From positions 3,255-27,254 of the forward strand of contig CALJOJ010000057.1 in NCBI GenBank assembly GCA_937981665.1: a stretch of DNA of 24,000 nt. Reading direction: 5' to 3'. Origin of the DNA: an uncultured Rubritalea sp. GTDB taxonomy: Bacteria; Verrucomicrobiota; Verrucomicrobiia; Verrucomicrobiales; Akkermansiaceae. The position numbers were made by a program, and so were the translations under genes. Below the pieces are notes generated by a model that had not been told where the DNA came from, made no database searches, and worked only from the letters and a program-made list of their open reading frames with translations. Shown in pieces: positions 14,421 through 23,037 of this stretch. Within the stretch, counting starts at the first letter, position 1, and each line of letters begins with the position of its first letter.

Positions 14421-15581
14421 CTAGCAGCATCCATCAGTAGCACAGCAGTCAGAAGCGACTGTTGTGGCTTTATATTCCATGCCCTTTGTCTCTCTTGCAT
14501 GACGTGTCGTGTCACGTGAGCAGTCAAATTCTACAGCTTCTTCGAGTGGTATTTCTGTGCGTGGCGCGATGATCTCAAAATGATCTTTATACGGTGCCTG
14601 CTGGTAGAGATTATATGTCTTATCACATACTGCATAGCTCTGTCCGCGCTTCATCGTGTGGCCATCGTCATCACTGACCTGGCTGAATGGACCTTTGTAC
14701 ATGACTGCCTGATTACGCTCTAGACATGGGCCTTCCTTACCTTTCCAGGCACGGATCGTGACACTGCGGAATTCTATTCCCTCGACAGTCTGCCACGGCT
14801 CAGAATCACGCTTTAAAATTTCAATACCATAGAAACCTGCGTCTTCAAATGCCTTCACGAAGCCTTCTTCGGTGTATGCACCACTGATGCAGCCACTCCA
14901 GAGGTATGGGTCATCTGCTAAGTGCTTAGGGATCTCTTCATCACTGACGATGTCAGAAATGACAGCTCTGCCACCCTTTTTGAGAACACGGAAAAGCTCT
15001 TCGAACATCTGCGCCTTGAGGTCTTCTTCTACGAGATTTAAAACACAGTTAGAGACGACTACGTCTATGCTGTCAGATTCCACGAGTGGTTTCTTCTGGC
15101 TCAGCTCCTTAGTGATGACGTCTAGCTCCATCCAGCTATTAGCATCCTTGATAGGCTTGACTGCTATTTCCTGTTCTAACAGATCAAGGTTTAGCGCGAG
15201 GTCCTGAATACGTCCTTTTCTAAATTCCACATTCGCGTAGCCCACCTTCTCAGCAATGATCGGTGCGTTACGGTTAGCTACTTCAAGCATGTCATCCGTC
15301 ATATCAATGCCGATGACCTTACCTTCCGCACCCACTACCTGAGAGGCAATGAAACAGATCTTACCCGTACCAGAACCGAGATCTAGAACTACATCTCCAG
15401 ATTCCACATACTTTGATGGGTCACCACAGCCGTAATCCTTCTCTATCACTTCACTAGGAATGATCTTTAAGTACTGGGGATCATAATCTACAGGACAGCA
15501 AAGTGCTGGTTCTGCGGCTTCTGCGGCTGCTGCATATCTATCGCGGGTCGCCTCTTCGGACGTTGATATTGTGTCTGACAT
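14421..15581 (-). CDS. arsM: Arsenite S-adenosylmethionine methyltransferase
   Basis: SAM motif VVLDLGSGTGKICF. The ArsM-type conserved cysteines are present: ALCCPVDY, DYGCGDP, VSNCVLNL and WSGCISGA. There is a C-terminal domain ending in the Cys-rich tail SDCCATDGCC. Confidence 0.9.
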   Translation of the reverse strand: MSDTISTSEEATRDRYAAAAEAAEPALCCPVDYDPQYLKIIPSEVIEKDYGCGDPSKYVESGDVVLDLGSGTGKICFIASQVVGAEGKVIGIDMTDDMLEVANRNAPIIAEKVGYANVEFRKGRIQDLALNLDLLEQEIAVKPIKDANSWMELDVITKELSQKKPLVESDSIDVVVSNCVLNLVEEDLKAQMFEELFRVLKKGGRAVISDIVSDEEIPKHLADDPYLWSGCISGAYTEEGFVKAFEDAGFYGIEILKRDSEPWQTVEGIEFRSVTIRAWKGKEGPCLERNQAVMYKGPFSQVSDDDGHTMKRGQSYAVCDKTYNLYQQAPYKDHFEIIAPRTEIPLEEAVEFDCSRDTTRHARETKGMEYKATTVASDCCATDGCC

Positions 15582-15748
15582 AATAATTGGAATATTAAGA
15601 TTATCTATATAGAGTGAGGTTCGCCCGTCAAATTTATTCCCAAAATATGAAAAGAGTTGATTTTAATTTATATTGTTTAGATATCAGATTACCATAACTG
15701 TTCTTGACTAAATGATTCATTATCACTGACATTGTTGAAGATCCGACG

Positions 15749-17011
15749 ATGACTACGTTTAGTAAACTAATTCAAAAACCAGAAAATGCGCTTATTCTAC
15801 AGGCGGACTGGGAAGGCGGGATTACGCATGTCGCTAATGATCTCATTGATAATGGGGTAAATGTGACCAAAGTAGTGCTAAATGCAGCTGATTGGATATA
15901 TACCAGAAAAGAATTACCTACAGTGAGTTATGATCATCCTTTTGAAGAGTTCGAGTCATGGCTACGTTGTTATATTGCAGAAAATGGTGTGGATTGCATT
16001 ATTTTGTATAATCAGTACCGACCATATAATAAAGTGGGCTGGGATCTCGCTGAAGAACTGGGGATTCAATGTGTTGTATTAGAGCTGGGCTTATTGAGAC
16101 CTGATTTCTGTACTATTTACACGCGAGATTTTGACCATTTTACCTATTTAGCTGAGCAGTGGGGTCGTGTTATGAGTGGTGAAATTTCCCCAGAAAAATC
16201 TGTTGATAATCAGCGCCTTGCGAGAATGCGCACAACGGCCAAAATGAAGCAATTCGCTGCCTTCTTTTTGTTTTCTCGTTTGATGGCTATTATTTTCAGA
16301 CGTTATACTCATTACATTGACCAGCGAGGACAGGGGATTTGGCATCATTTATATGCGGCGGTAGTTTCGGGGCTTCGCTATCAAGGACGGATGAAGGATG
16401 ATCGCTATAATATAAAGTTTTCCTCCGAGTGGAATGGAGCATTCTACTTTGTCCCTCTGCAGGTGCATACGGATAGCCAGATCACCCAGCGCTCTCAGTT
16501 CACTTCGATCGATTACTTTATTGATGATGTCGTAGCATCGTTTTTAAAGCACGCTCCTAAGGGGACGAAGCTTGTATTTAAGGTGCATCCCATGGATCGA
16601 GGGTATAAGGATTACCATAAGAAGATCAAGGCGATCAATCAGTCTATAGGTGGTAAGAAGAGGATTTATTATGTGGATCGAATCAACCTTCCACTAGCTC
16701 TGGAACATTGCAGAGGATGCATCACTATCAATAGTTCGGTGGGGTTATCTGCATTGATCCATAGTAAAAAAACGATCTGTCTCGGTGAGGCTGCATATAA
16801 TCTAGCGAAGCTTACTTATCAAGGTGAACTGGCAGACTTCTGGAGGTCAGACTTTGAGCCGAAAAAGAAGGATGTAGAATACTTTATTAATCTACTGAAG
16901 CTGACATCTCAGGCTCACGGGGTTTTATTCCAGAGGCTGTATAGCGCGAAAGGAAACTGTAAAATTATTTGGCCTCAATTGTTCTCCCATATTTTCCATA
17001 AGGAAAAGTAA
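15749..17011 (+). CDS. KpsS/LpsZ-like capsule polysaccharide biosynthesis family protein (Capsule_synth domain; lipid-linked beta-Kdo transferase homologue)
   Basis: Motifs resemble KpsS/KpsC. VVLELGLLRPDF compares with FEEGYLRP. FYFVPLQVHTDSQI compares with the VPLQV..DSQ motif. GCITINSSVGLSALIHSKKTICLGEAAYN compares with vvTiNStvG.EAL..GKPV...G.A.Y. Confidence 0.75.
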   Translation: MTTFSKLIQKPENALILQADWEGGITHVANDLIDNGVNVTKVVLNAADWIYTRKELPTVSYDHPFEEFESWLRCYIAENGVDCIILYNQYRPYNKVGWDLAEELGIQCVVLELGLLRPDFCTIYTRDFDHFTYLAEQWGRVMSGEISPEKSVDNQRLARMRTTAKMKQFAAFFLFSRLMAIIFRRYTHYIDQRGQGIWHHLYAAVVSGLRYQGRMKDDRYNIKFSSEWNGAFYFVPLQVHTDSQITQRSQFTSIDYFIDDVVASFLKHAPKGTKLVFKVHPMDRGYKDYHKKIKAINQSIGGKKRIYYVDRINLPLALEHCRGCITINSSVGLSALIHSKKTICLGEAAYNLAKLTYQGELADFWRSDFEPKKKDVEYFINLLKLTSQAHGVLFQRLYSAKGNCKIIWPQLFSHIFHKEK

Positions 17012-17038
17012 TAGGTAGTGGCTCTGGTTGGTATTAGA

Positions 17039-18169
17039 TTAGAAATTTCTGTTAGGTGATGCAACGCTCGTGATAGTGCGCTCCAGCGTGCTGACAAATT
17101 CTTGGGCTATATCAGTCCATTGGCATTGGAGGATACTCTGGTGAGCTAGTGACTTCATTGTGCTATTGTCCTTATTCTGGATTGCTTTTAGAAGCTTTGA
17201 GCTTAGTTCTGAAATGTCAGCAGGGGGAGCAGTGTAGCCGTTTTCTCCATCAGTGATGAGATTGCCAGCGGCTGCGTAGCTATAGGCTACAGTGATGAGT
17301 CCAGAAGCGAGTGACTCTGTGATGACATTACCAAATGTTTCCGTCTCACTGGCAAAGAACATCACATCTGCGGATGCATAGTACTCAGCTAGTCGCTCAC
17401 CTTTAAGTACTCCAGCCCAGTGGTAAGCATTTGATGAGTATTTAGCTTCCAGGCTTTTCCTCAGTGGACCTTCTCCTACGATGACGGTTTTTATATTCAG
17501 AGAGCTGTCTAAGCTCGCGATGCTCTCTAGCGCAGCTGTTAGATTCTTCTCTTTAGCTATACGCCCTACGATGATGATCACGCAGTCTGCATCATTTACT
17601 CCCCATGAGGCCCTGAGCTCTGAGGATCTTTTCTCTGGGGAGAAGCGCTCTGTGTTGACGCCTCTTCCTATCACACTAAGATTTCTAAATCCCTGCGTAT
17701 GAAGAAGATCATAGGTGTGCTGAGATGGCACGATGGTGGCGTCACAGTAGTTATGGATGGCGCGTAGTATTCCCAGAATAGGGCGCTCGACTTGAGGAAT
17801 GAAATAGCGCTTTAAGTACTGATGAAAATTTGTATGGAAGCCAGCGACTACGGGTATATCTAGGTGGCGAGCCACCAGCATAGCGGAGATACCGAGGAAG
17901 CCTTCTGTGGCTACGTAGATGATATCTGGTCGTTGCTTGTTCCAAATCCCTCGCAACTTAAATGGCCGAGGGTAGCCGATCTTGACATCTTTATAAAAAG
18001 GGAAACGGAAGCCAGAGACGCTCGTTTCATAGTCTGCAGAAGTCTCGCCTGTATGGATCACATGCACGGTGTGTCCAAGCTGCAACATCGAGCGAGTGAG
18101 GCGTTGAAGTGTCAGCGCTGCTCCATTGATGTCAGGAGAATAGGTGTCTGTCACTATGGTTACATTCAT
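17039..18169 (-). CDS. Family-4 glycosyltransferase (GT-B fold, group 1)
   Basis: N-terminus MNVTIVTDTYSPDINGAALTL. Mid motif GFHTNFHQY. C-terminal nucleotide-sugar binding region FFASETETFGNVITESLASGL (EX7E-like). Confidence 0.85.
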   Translation of the reverse strand: MNVTIVTDTYSPDINGAALTLQRLTRSMLQLGHTVHVIHTGETSADYETSVSGFRFPFYKDVKIGYPRPFKLRGIWNKQRPDIIYVATEGFLGISAMLVARHLDIPVVAGFHTNFHQYLKRYFIPQVERPILGILRAIHNYCDATIVPSQHTYDLLHTQGFRNLSVIGRGVNTERFSPEKRSSELRASWGVNDADCVIIIVGRIAKEKNLTAALESIASLDSSLNIKTVIVGEGPLRKSLEAKYSSNAYHWAGVLKGERLAEYYASADVMFFASETETFGNVITESLASGLITVAYSYAAAGNLITDGENGYTAPPADISELSSKLLKAIQNKDNSTMKSLAHQSILQCQWTDIAQEFVSTLERTITSVASPNRNF

Positions 18170-18310
18170 GTCTGTAATGATGTTTAGAGCGGTGGCAGTA
18201 TGCGGTCAACCATGATCTGACGATCTTTCTCCCCGATAGTAGTATATAGTGGCTAAATATTTTCTATTGTAGCTTCGGTAGATGTAGCTAGTCTGCAGAT
18301 AAGAAATTTT

Positions 18311-18982
18311 ATGACTATCCTCATCACAGCAGGCCCCACACGAGAGGCTATTGACCCCGTGCGCTATCTGACGAACCGCTCATCTGGGAAGATGGGATAT
18401 GCACTAGCAGATGTGGCAGCGGGTAAGGGACAGCGAGTCATTTTAATTTCTGGCCCTACAGACGCAAGCTTAGAGATTCCAGATGGGGTGGACTTCATCC
18501 CGGTGGAGAGCGCTGCAGATATGTATACGACTGTGGAGCGCTGGATAGGTAAGGCAGATGTTGCTATCTTCGCCGCAGCGGTGGCAGATTATCGTCCGAT
18601 AGAGGTCGCGGAGCAGAAGATCAAAAAAAAGGGGGAAGAGATGACGCTGAAGCTAGTGAAGAATCCTGACATCTTAGGCTCAGCCAGAGATGTATTCTCT
18701 TATGAAGGTACGCTTGTAGGCTTCGCCGCGGAGACAGAGAATGTAGTAGAAAATGCTAGAGGTAAGCTCATCAAAAAGGGATGTGATATGGTAGTAGCTA
18801 ATGACGTTTCACGGAAAGACATCGGTTTCGATGCGAATGAGAATGAAGTGATCCTCGTGTTCCGAGATAACGAAGAGCCAGTTGCCAAGGCGGATAAGCA
18901 CCGCATCGCACATAGTGTGGTGGAGGTCGCGATGGGGATGGAGAAAGACAGGCAGAACAGTGTCGCTATTGATGAGCAATAA
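18311..18982 (+). CDS. coaB: Phosphopantothenate-cysteine ligase, standalone CoaB domain
   Basis: ILITAGPTREAIDPVRYLTNRSSGKMGYALA matches the start of the CoaB half of bifunctional Dfp/CoaBC. AAAVADYRP and KIKKK are also present. No flavoprotein (CoaC) domain lies upstream in this ORF. Confidence 0.85.
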   Translation: MTILITAGPTREAIDPVRYLTNRSSGKMGYALADVAAGKGQRVILISGPTDASLEIPDGVDFIPVESAADMYTTVERWIGKADVAIFAAAVADYRPIEVAEQKIKKKGEEMTLKLVKNPDILGSARDVFSYEGTLVGFAAETENVVENARGKLIKKGCDMVVANDVSRKDIGFDANENEVILVFRDNEEPVAKADKHRIAHSVVEVAMGMEKDRQNSVAIDEQ

Positions 18983-19012
18983 CGGTAAGCATAAGCAGGG
19001 AGATAGAAATTT

Positions 19013-19762
19013 ATGAAAGCAGTAGATATAGCCGTGAAGGCAGCAAAGGAAGCAGGTGTACTCTTGAGAAAAAATTTCGGATGTGCACTTGAGGTGGATG
19101 AAGCAAAGCATCACGATATTAAGCTAGCCCTTGATAGGGAGTCACAAGACCTCATTACTGAGATTCTATTAGGTGAGACCCCTGACTACGCGCTCTACGG
19201 TGAAGAGGGTGTTGCTGGGAACCAAGACTCAGACTACCAGTGGATTGTTGATCCCATTGATGGAACTGTGAACTACTTTTATGGTATCCCACACTACTGT
19301 ATTTCTATCGCACTAAGGCATAAAGAGGACATTATCGTAGGCGTTATCTATGATCCGTCTATGGATGATCTATGGACAGTGGTGAAAGGGGAAAAGCCTT
19401 ATCTCAATGGTAAAGAGATTTCCTGTAGTTCACGTACTAAGCTAGAAGAAAGCATTCTTTACGTAGGATGTGGTAAGACAGAAGACGCTCTGTCTTCAGG
19501 TCTCGAGAGATTCCGTAAAGCATCACTGCGTGCGCGTAAGATGCGCATGATGGGCTCTGCAGCGCTGGGTATGGCATACATCGCTACCGGTAGACTAGAT
19601 GCCTATGTGGAGTCACGTATCTCGCTCTGGGACATCGCAGCTGGCAAGCTCCTCATCGAGGCTACCGGAGGGAAAGTAACACTCACTCCGAAGAAAGACT
19701 GCCCTGATGTGATGAGCATTATTGCTACCAATGGCAAGATCCCTATCGAGGAGATCTTGTAA
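19013..19762 (+). CDS. Inositol monophosphatase family protein (SuhB/HisN/CysQ-like)
   Basis: Metal-binding motifs YGEEG and WIVDPIDGTVNYFYGIPHY. Later motif WDIAAG. It lies 30 nt after coaB, with AGGGAG upstream of the ATG. Confidence 0.85.
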   Translation: MKAVDIAVKAAKEAGVLLRKNFGCALEVDEAKHHDIKLALDRESQDLITEILLGETPDYALYGEEGVAGNQDSDYQWIVDPIDGTVNYFYGIPHYCISIALRHKEDIIVGVIYDPSMDDLWTVVKGEKPYLNGKEISCSSRTKLEESILYVGCGKTEDALSSGLERFRKASLRARKMRMMGSAALGMAYIATGRLDAYVESRISLWDIAAGKLLIEATGGKVTLTPKKDCPDVMSIIATNGKIPIEEIL

Positions 19763-19783
19763 TGACTAGAAGCATAGTTTCTT

Positions 19784-19827
19784 AAAAACGAGAAAGCCCA
19801 CATACGAGATGTGGGCTTTCCTTTATT
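19784..19827. terminator. Bidirectional rho-independent terminator between convergent genes
   Basis: Stem 19792-19803 (gaaagcccacat) pairs perfectly with 19809-19820 (atgtgggctttc), with loop acgag. It is flanked by aaaaa (19784-19788) and ctttatt (19821-19827). Confidence 0.8.
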
Positions 19828-19858
19828 AGCTAAAAGCTAACAAACAAACAAATTTGTA

Positions 19859-20500
19859 TTATCTGCGACGTCTAAGGATGAACGCGAGTCCACCTAGTCC
19901 GAGAAGAGCTGTTGATGATGGCTCTGGTATTGCTGTTGAAAACTGTAGAGTAACTGTGTCTGCAGCTCCAGAGTTTTCAGTGAGTGTGAAGGAAGAAACT
20001 GCGCTATCAAATACGATAGTGCCGTGACCTTGGTCGAAGTTGCCATTAGCACCAGTAATCGCTGTGCCAGATGTGAGCCCTACCGCGTTTACTGAACCAA
20101 CATTGCTGACTAATCCAGTAGCTGATAGCGTGCTGTCCCAACCAGAAACTAGGGAGAAACCTACGCCACCTGCATCAATAGTGAAGCTGTTATCTAGACC
20201 AAAAAAGTGAACTGCAGTAATCGTTGTGCCGGTACCACCTGCAAATGTATGTGTAGTACCATCCGCATTAGTGAAACTGAAGTTAGAAACTGTACCAGCT
20301 GATTCGGGGCTCCAAATGTCAGTACCAAGTGAAAAGTCAGTAGTGGTGGATGTGACGATATCAGTAAGGTCACTAGAAGTAGCTGAAACAGATGCTTGAC
20401 CTTCTGAAAGTGTGTTTGTTGATGCCTCGTAAGTTGTCAAGTAAGCGAATGATGAGCTTGTGGAAGCTGCAATGAATAGTGTTATTATTGTTTTTTTCAT
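19859..20500 (-). CDS. PEP-CTERM sorting domain protein, Thr/Ser/Gly-rich secreted protein
   Basis: Signal peptide MKKTIITLFIAASTSSSFA. C-terminal IPEPSSTALLGLGGLAFILRRRR, with PEP at 19919-19927 followed by a TM helix and an Arg cluster. Confidence 0.85.
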   Translation of the reverse strand: MKKTIITLFIAASTSSSFAYLTTYEASTNTLSEGQASVSATSSDLTDIVTSTTTDFSLGTDIWSPESAGTVSNFSFTNADGTTHTFAGGTGTTITAVHFFGLDNSFTIDAGGVGFSLVSGWDSTLSATGLVSNVGSVNAVGLTSGTAITGANGNFDQGHGTIVFDSAVSSFTLTENSGAADTVTLQFSTAIPEPSSTALLGLGGLAFILRRRR

Positions 20501-20847
20501 TGTTATTATAGTTTTGTTGTTTGTTATGATGTTAAGTAAGAGAACATCCCGCTAGAGTGTGTTGATTTTAAATAGTAACACATATTTTCATTTTTAATTT
20601 TTTCTGTATGACAGAGCGTGATGTCTTTATCTGGCTAGGTCTTAATGGTTTTTTGAGAATAATGTCATAAGCAAAGTTTACAAAAACCACTTATCGATAC
20701 TCTTAAAATAGTGAAATGAACTGAGTACTCTCACCCTTCCTTTAAAGAGCAGTGAAAGGTTTTTTCATCTATTTGCTGATGAAAGATGCAAGATAACATA
20801 AATTTATAGTGCTATGACGCAGGGGTAATGACACTGTTATAGCTAGT

Positions 20848-21408
20848 ATGAGTGAAAAATCTTCAATCGCAGATGAGCAGTTGCTTATTAGACGCAGCCA
20901 AAGTGGAGACTTGGACGCCTTTGGTGAACTTGTGCGTATCCACCAAGTGTGGTTACGTGGATGGCTACGCGGCCAGCTAACAGACTGGACTGTAGCTGAT
21001 GATCTAGCTCAGGAAACATTTGTTACGGCACTCAAGAAGATAAAACAATACCGTGGTGATGGACGCATCGAGTCTTGGCTACGTTCTATCGCTCATAATT
21101 ATTTACGGAATTATATCCGTAAGCACAGAGCCGTTTCTGTAGGTGGTGTTGATGAACTACAACATTTAATAGTATGTGATGAAGGTGAGCTTGCTGACTC
21201 ATCAAGCGCTTCTTTGGAGGCTCTTCGTGATTGTCTTGCTAATGTAAGAAATCCAGCTAAACGGTTGCTCGAAGAACGTTATCAGCACGGTAAATCAGTC
21301 AGGGAAATGGCTATAGACGAAGATATAGGCTATTCTGCGATGACGATGAAACTACATCGGCTACGCAAATCTCTTGCTACTTGTATCGAAAATAAACTTA
21401 CTCCTTAG
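20848..21408 (+). CDS. ECF-type sigma-70 family RNA polymerase sigma factor
   Basis: Region 2 (FGELVRIHQVWLRGWLR...DDLAQETFV) and a region 4 helix-turn-helix (SVREMAIDEDIGYSAMTMKLHRLRKSL). Length 186 aa. The anti-sigma gene follows 5 nt downstream. Confidence 0.85.
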   Translation: MSEKSSIADEQLLIRRSQSGDLDAFGELVRIHQVWLRGWLRGQLTDWTVADDLAQETFVTALKKIKQYRGDGRIESWLRSIAHNYLRNYIRKHRAVSVGGVDELQHLIVCDEGELADSSSASLEALRDCLANVRNPAKRLLEERYQHGKSVREMAIDEDIGYSAMTMKLHRLRKSLATCIENKLTP

Positions 21409-21413
21409 AATAA

Positions 21414-23006
21414 ATGAACTCTATAGAATTTGATAAACTATTAGCTCTTGTCATAGCAGATGAGGCGTCTGGTGATGAAGTTAAGCAGCTTATAGATGCG
21501 ATGAACAATGATCGGTCACTGTTACTAGAGGCTAGGTATCATTTCCAGCTACATGGTCAGCTGGGTGTCGCTTTAGAGAGTGAGTTCTCTAGAGAGAAGG
21601 CTCTATCTATGATAAAATCGGAGATCGAGATAGGGGATGCTGAGGAATTTACCCAGAGAGTAAGTCGAAAAATTCATCGCCAACTATGGATCAAGAGAGC
21701 AATGATGGCAGCAGCAGTGATGTTGATTGGTATCTCCAGCGTTTTGTTTGTTTCTCAGTTTTCAGCTAATGATGATGCTCCAGAGAATCTATCAGCAGTC
21801 GCTTCTGTGACAGCGATCAGTGGTGTACAGTGGCTTGATGATGAATATAAAGAAGGTGATTCTATTATTTCTGGTCAGAAGGTTAGGTTTGGTTCTGGCT
21901 TACTAGAGTTAGATCTTGGAGGGAGAGGGAGCTTGGTTATTGAGGGGCCCGCTCATTTAGATTTCACATCAGCTATGGAATCTGTGCTGCACAGAGGTAG
22001 TCTGGTAATGCGGGCTACTGAACAAGGGCACGGTTACACAGTAAAAACGTCTCAAGGTAGCGTGGTAGACCTAGGTACGGAATTCGCAGTTTCTGTGAAC
22101 GCAGATAACTCGGTGGAGACGCATGTGATAGAGGGCTCAGTCGAGGCTATAGCATATGATGGCACCTCAGTGACTCTGAAAGCAAATGATGCTCGCAGAT
22201 TCAATGAGACGAGTGGGCAGGCTATTCCGGCAGATATAGGGAAATTTTATACAAGCATGCCTCCCACTCAGCAGAAATATAAATACGCTCACTGGAGCTT
22301 CGATGAGAACGAGGGTGACCTAGCACAAGCTTCTGGTGAACTTGGCGAGTCCGAGAGCGTGAACAAAGATCTCGTTTTATACGCAATCGATGAAGGAGTG
22401 AAGCCTAGATGGACGAAAGGCATGAAAAATTCTGGAATTTATTTTGACGGTAAAGGTGGCTTTGCTCAGAGTGAATATCAAGGAATTCAAGGCGGAAAAG
22501 CACGTACTGTTTGTTGCTGGGTTAAAGTACCTGAAGACTTTTTGGCCGCTCAAGGATATGGTATTATTTCATGGGGTAAGCCAACCAAGCTTGGGGAAAC
22601 ATGGCAAATTTCTGTGAACCCGGATTCTCAGGATGGCAAAGTAGGGACATTACGACTAGGTTTATTAGGTGGACATATTATAGGCTCTACTGATCTCAGA
22701 GACGGGGATTGGCATCATATCGCTGTGGTTCTATACGGAGGATCTAGTCCAAATGTAGGGACCCACGCACTACTCTATGTAGATGGTAAGCAAGAAGCTG
22801 TCTCACGTGCTTCACTCCAAGAGGTGAAGACAAACTCAAGCAACGGCGATTACGGAGTCTGGCTAGGACGCAATGTAACCTACAGAAAGAACGCTCGAAA
22901 TAAGAGCCGTAATCCTAAAAGATTTTTCCGTGGTGGCGTAGATGAGCTTTATATATTCGATTCTGCTATTTCAGAGACTCAGATACAAGAGTTGATGAAA
23001 AGGTAG
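21414..23006 (+). CDS. Anti-sigma factor-like membrane protein with FecR and LamG (concanavalin A-like) domains
   Basis: A cytoplasmic N-terminal domain, then a single TM helix (AMMAAAVMLIGISSVLFV). A FecR-like beta region follows (GSLVIEGPAHLDF...VVDLGTEFAVSV...HVIEGSVE). The C-terminal LamG signature is HWSFDENEGD, GIYFDGKGGFA, GDWHHIAVV, LYVDG and VDELYIFDSAISETQIQ. Confidence 0.8.
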   Translation: MNSIEFDKLLALVIADEASGDEVKQLIDAMNNDRSLLLEARYHFQLHGQLGVALESEFSREKALSMIKSEIEIGDAEEFTQRVSRKIHRQLWIKRAMMAAAVMLIGISSVLFVSQFSANDDAPENLSAVASVTAISGVQWLDDEYKEGDSIISGQKVRFGSGLLELDLGGRGSLVIEGPAHLDFTSAMESVLHRGSLVMRATEQGHGYTVKTSQGSVVDLGTEFAVSVNADNSVETHVIEGSVEAIAYDGTSVTLKANDARRFNETSGQAIPADIGKFYTSMPPTQQKYKYAHWSFDENEGDLAQASGELGESESVNKDLVLYAIDEGVKPRWTKGMKNSGIYFDGKGGFAQSEYQGIQGGKARTVCCWVKVPEDFLAAQGYGIISWGKPTKLGETWQISVNPDSQDGKVGTLRLGLLGGHIIGSTDLRDGDWHHIAVVLYGGSSPNVGTHALLYVDGKQEAVSRASLQEVKTNSSNGDYGVWLGRNVTYRKNARNKSRNPKRFFRGGVDELYIFDSAISETQIQELMKR

Positions 23007-23037
23007 TAAGCAATAAAACTATTCCTGAAGTAAGGCT

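Noticed and set aside
14872-15207. 111-aa Ser-rich plus-strand ORF
   Set aside because: It is fully antisense to arsM, whose frame contains the SAM-binding and conserved Cys motifs. The Ser/Leu-rich composition is typical of an antisense shadow ORF.
17481-18187. ORFs 17481-17702 (+), 17751-17945 (-) and 17864-18187 (+) overlapping the GT4 gene
   Set aside because: All are embedded in, antisense to, or out of frame with a well-supported 376-aa GT4 gene. None shows a motif.
18623-18635. A8G5 homopolymer run inside coaB as a potential slipped-strand phase-variation site. Similar A7/T7 runs occur at 5992-6017 and 10443-10449.
   Set aside because: All runs are in frame in intact ORFs. The run in coaB encodes a KKKG segment. 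Essential-gene context makes phase variation implausible, and the runs are short.
18700-19114. Minus-strand ORFs 18700-18906 and 18809-19114 spanning the coaB/IMPase junction
   Set aside because: They are antisense to two genes with strong family signatures. Their Cys/Leu-rich shadow composition also argues against them.
20501-20847. Search for an autoregulated ECF-type promoter (GGAAC-like -35 / CGT-like -10) upstream of the sigma factor gene, and a ttcatc-N8-gatgaa inverted repeat at 20764-20783
   Set aside because: No convincing -35/-10 pair with proper spacing could be identified by eye. The inverted repeat is only 6 bp and lies in AT-rich DNA.
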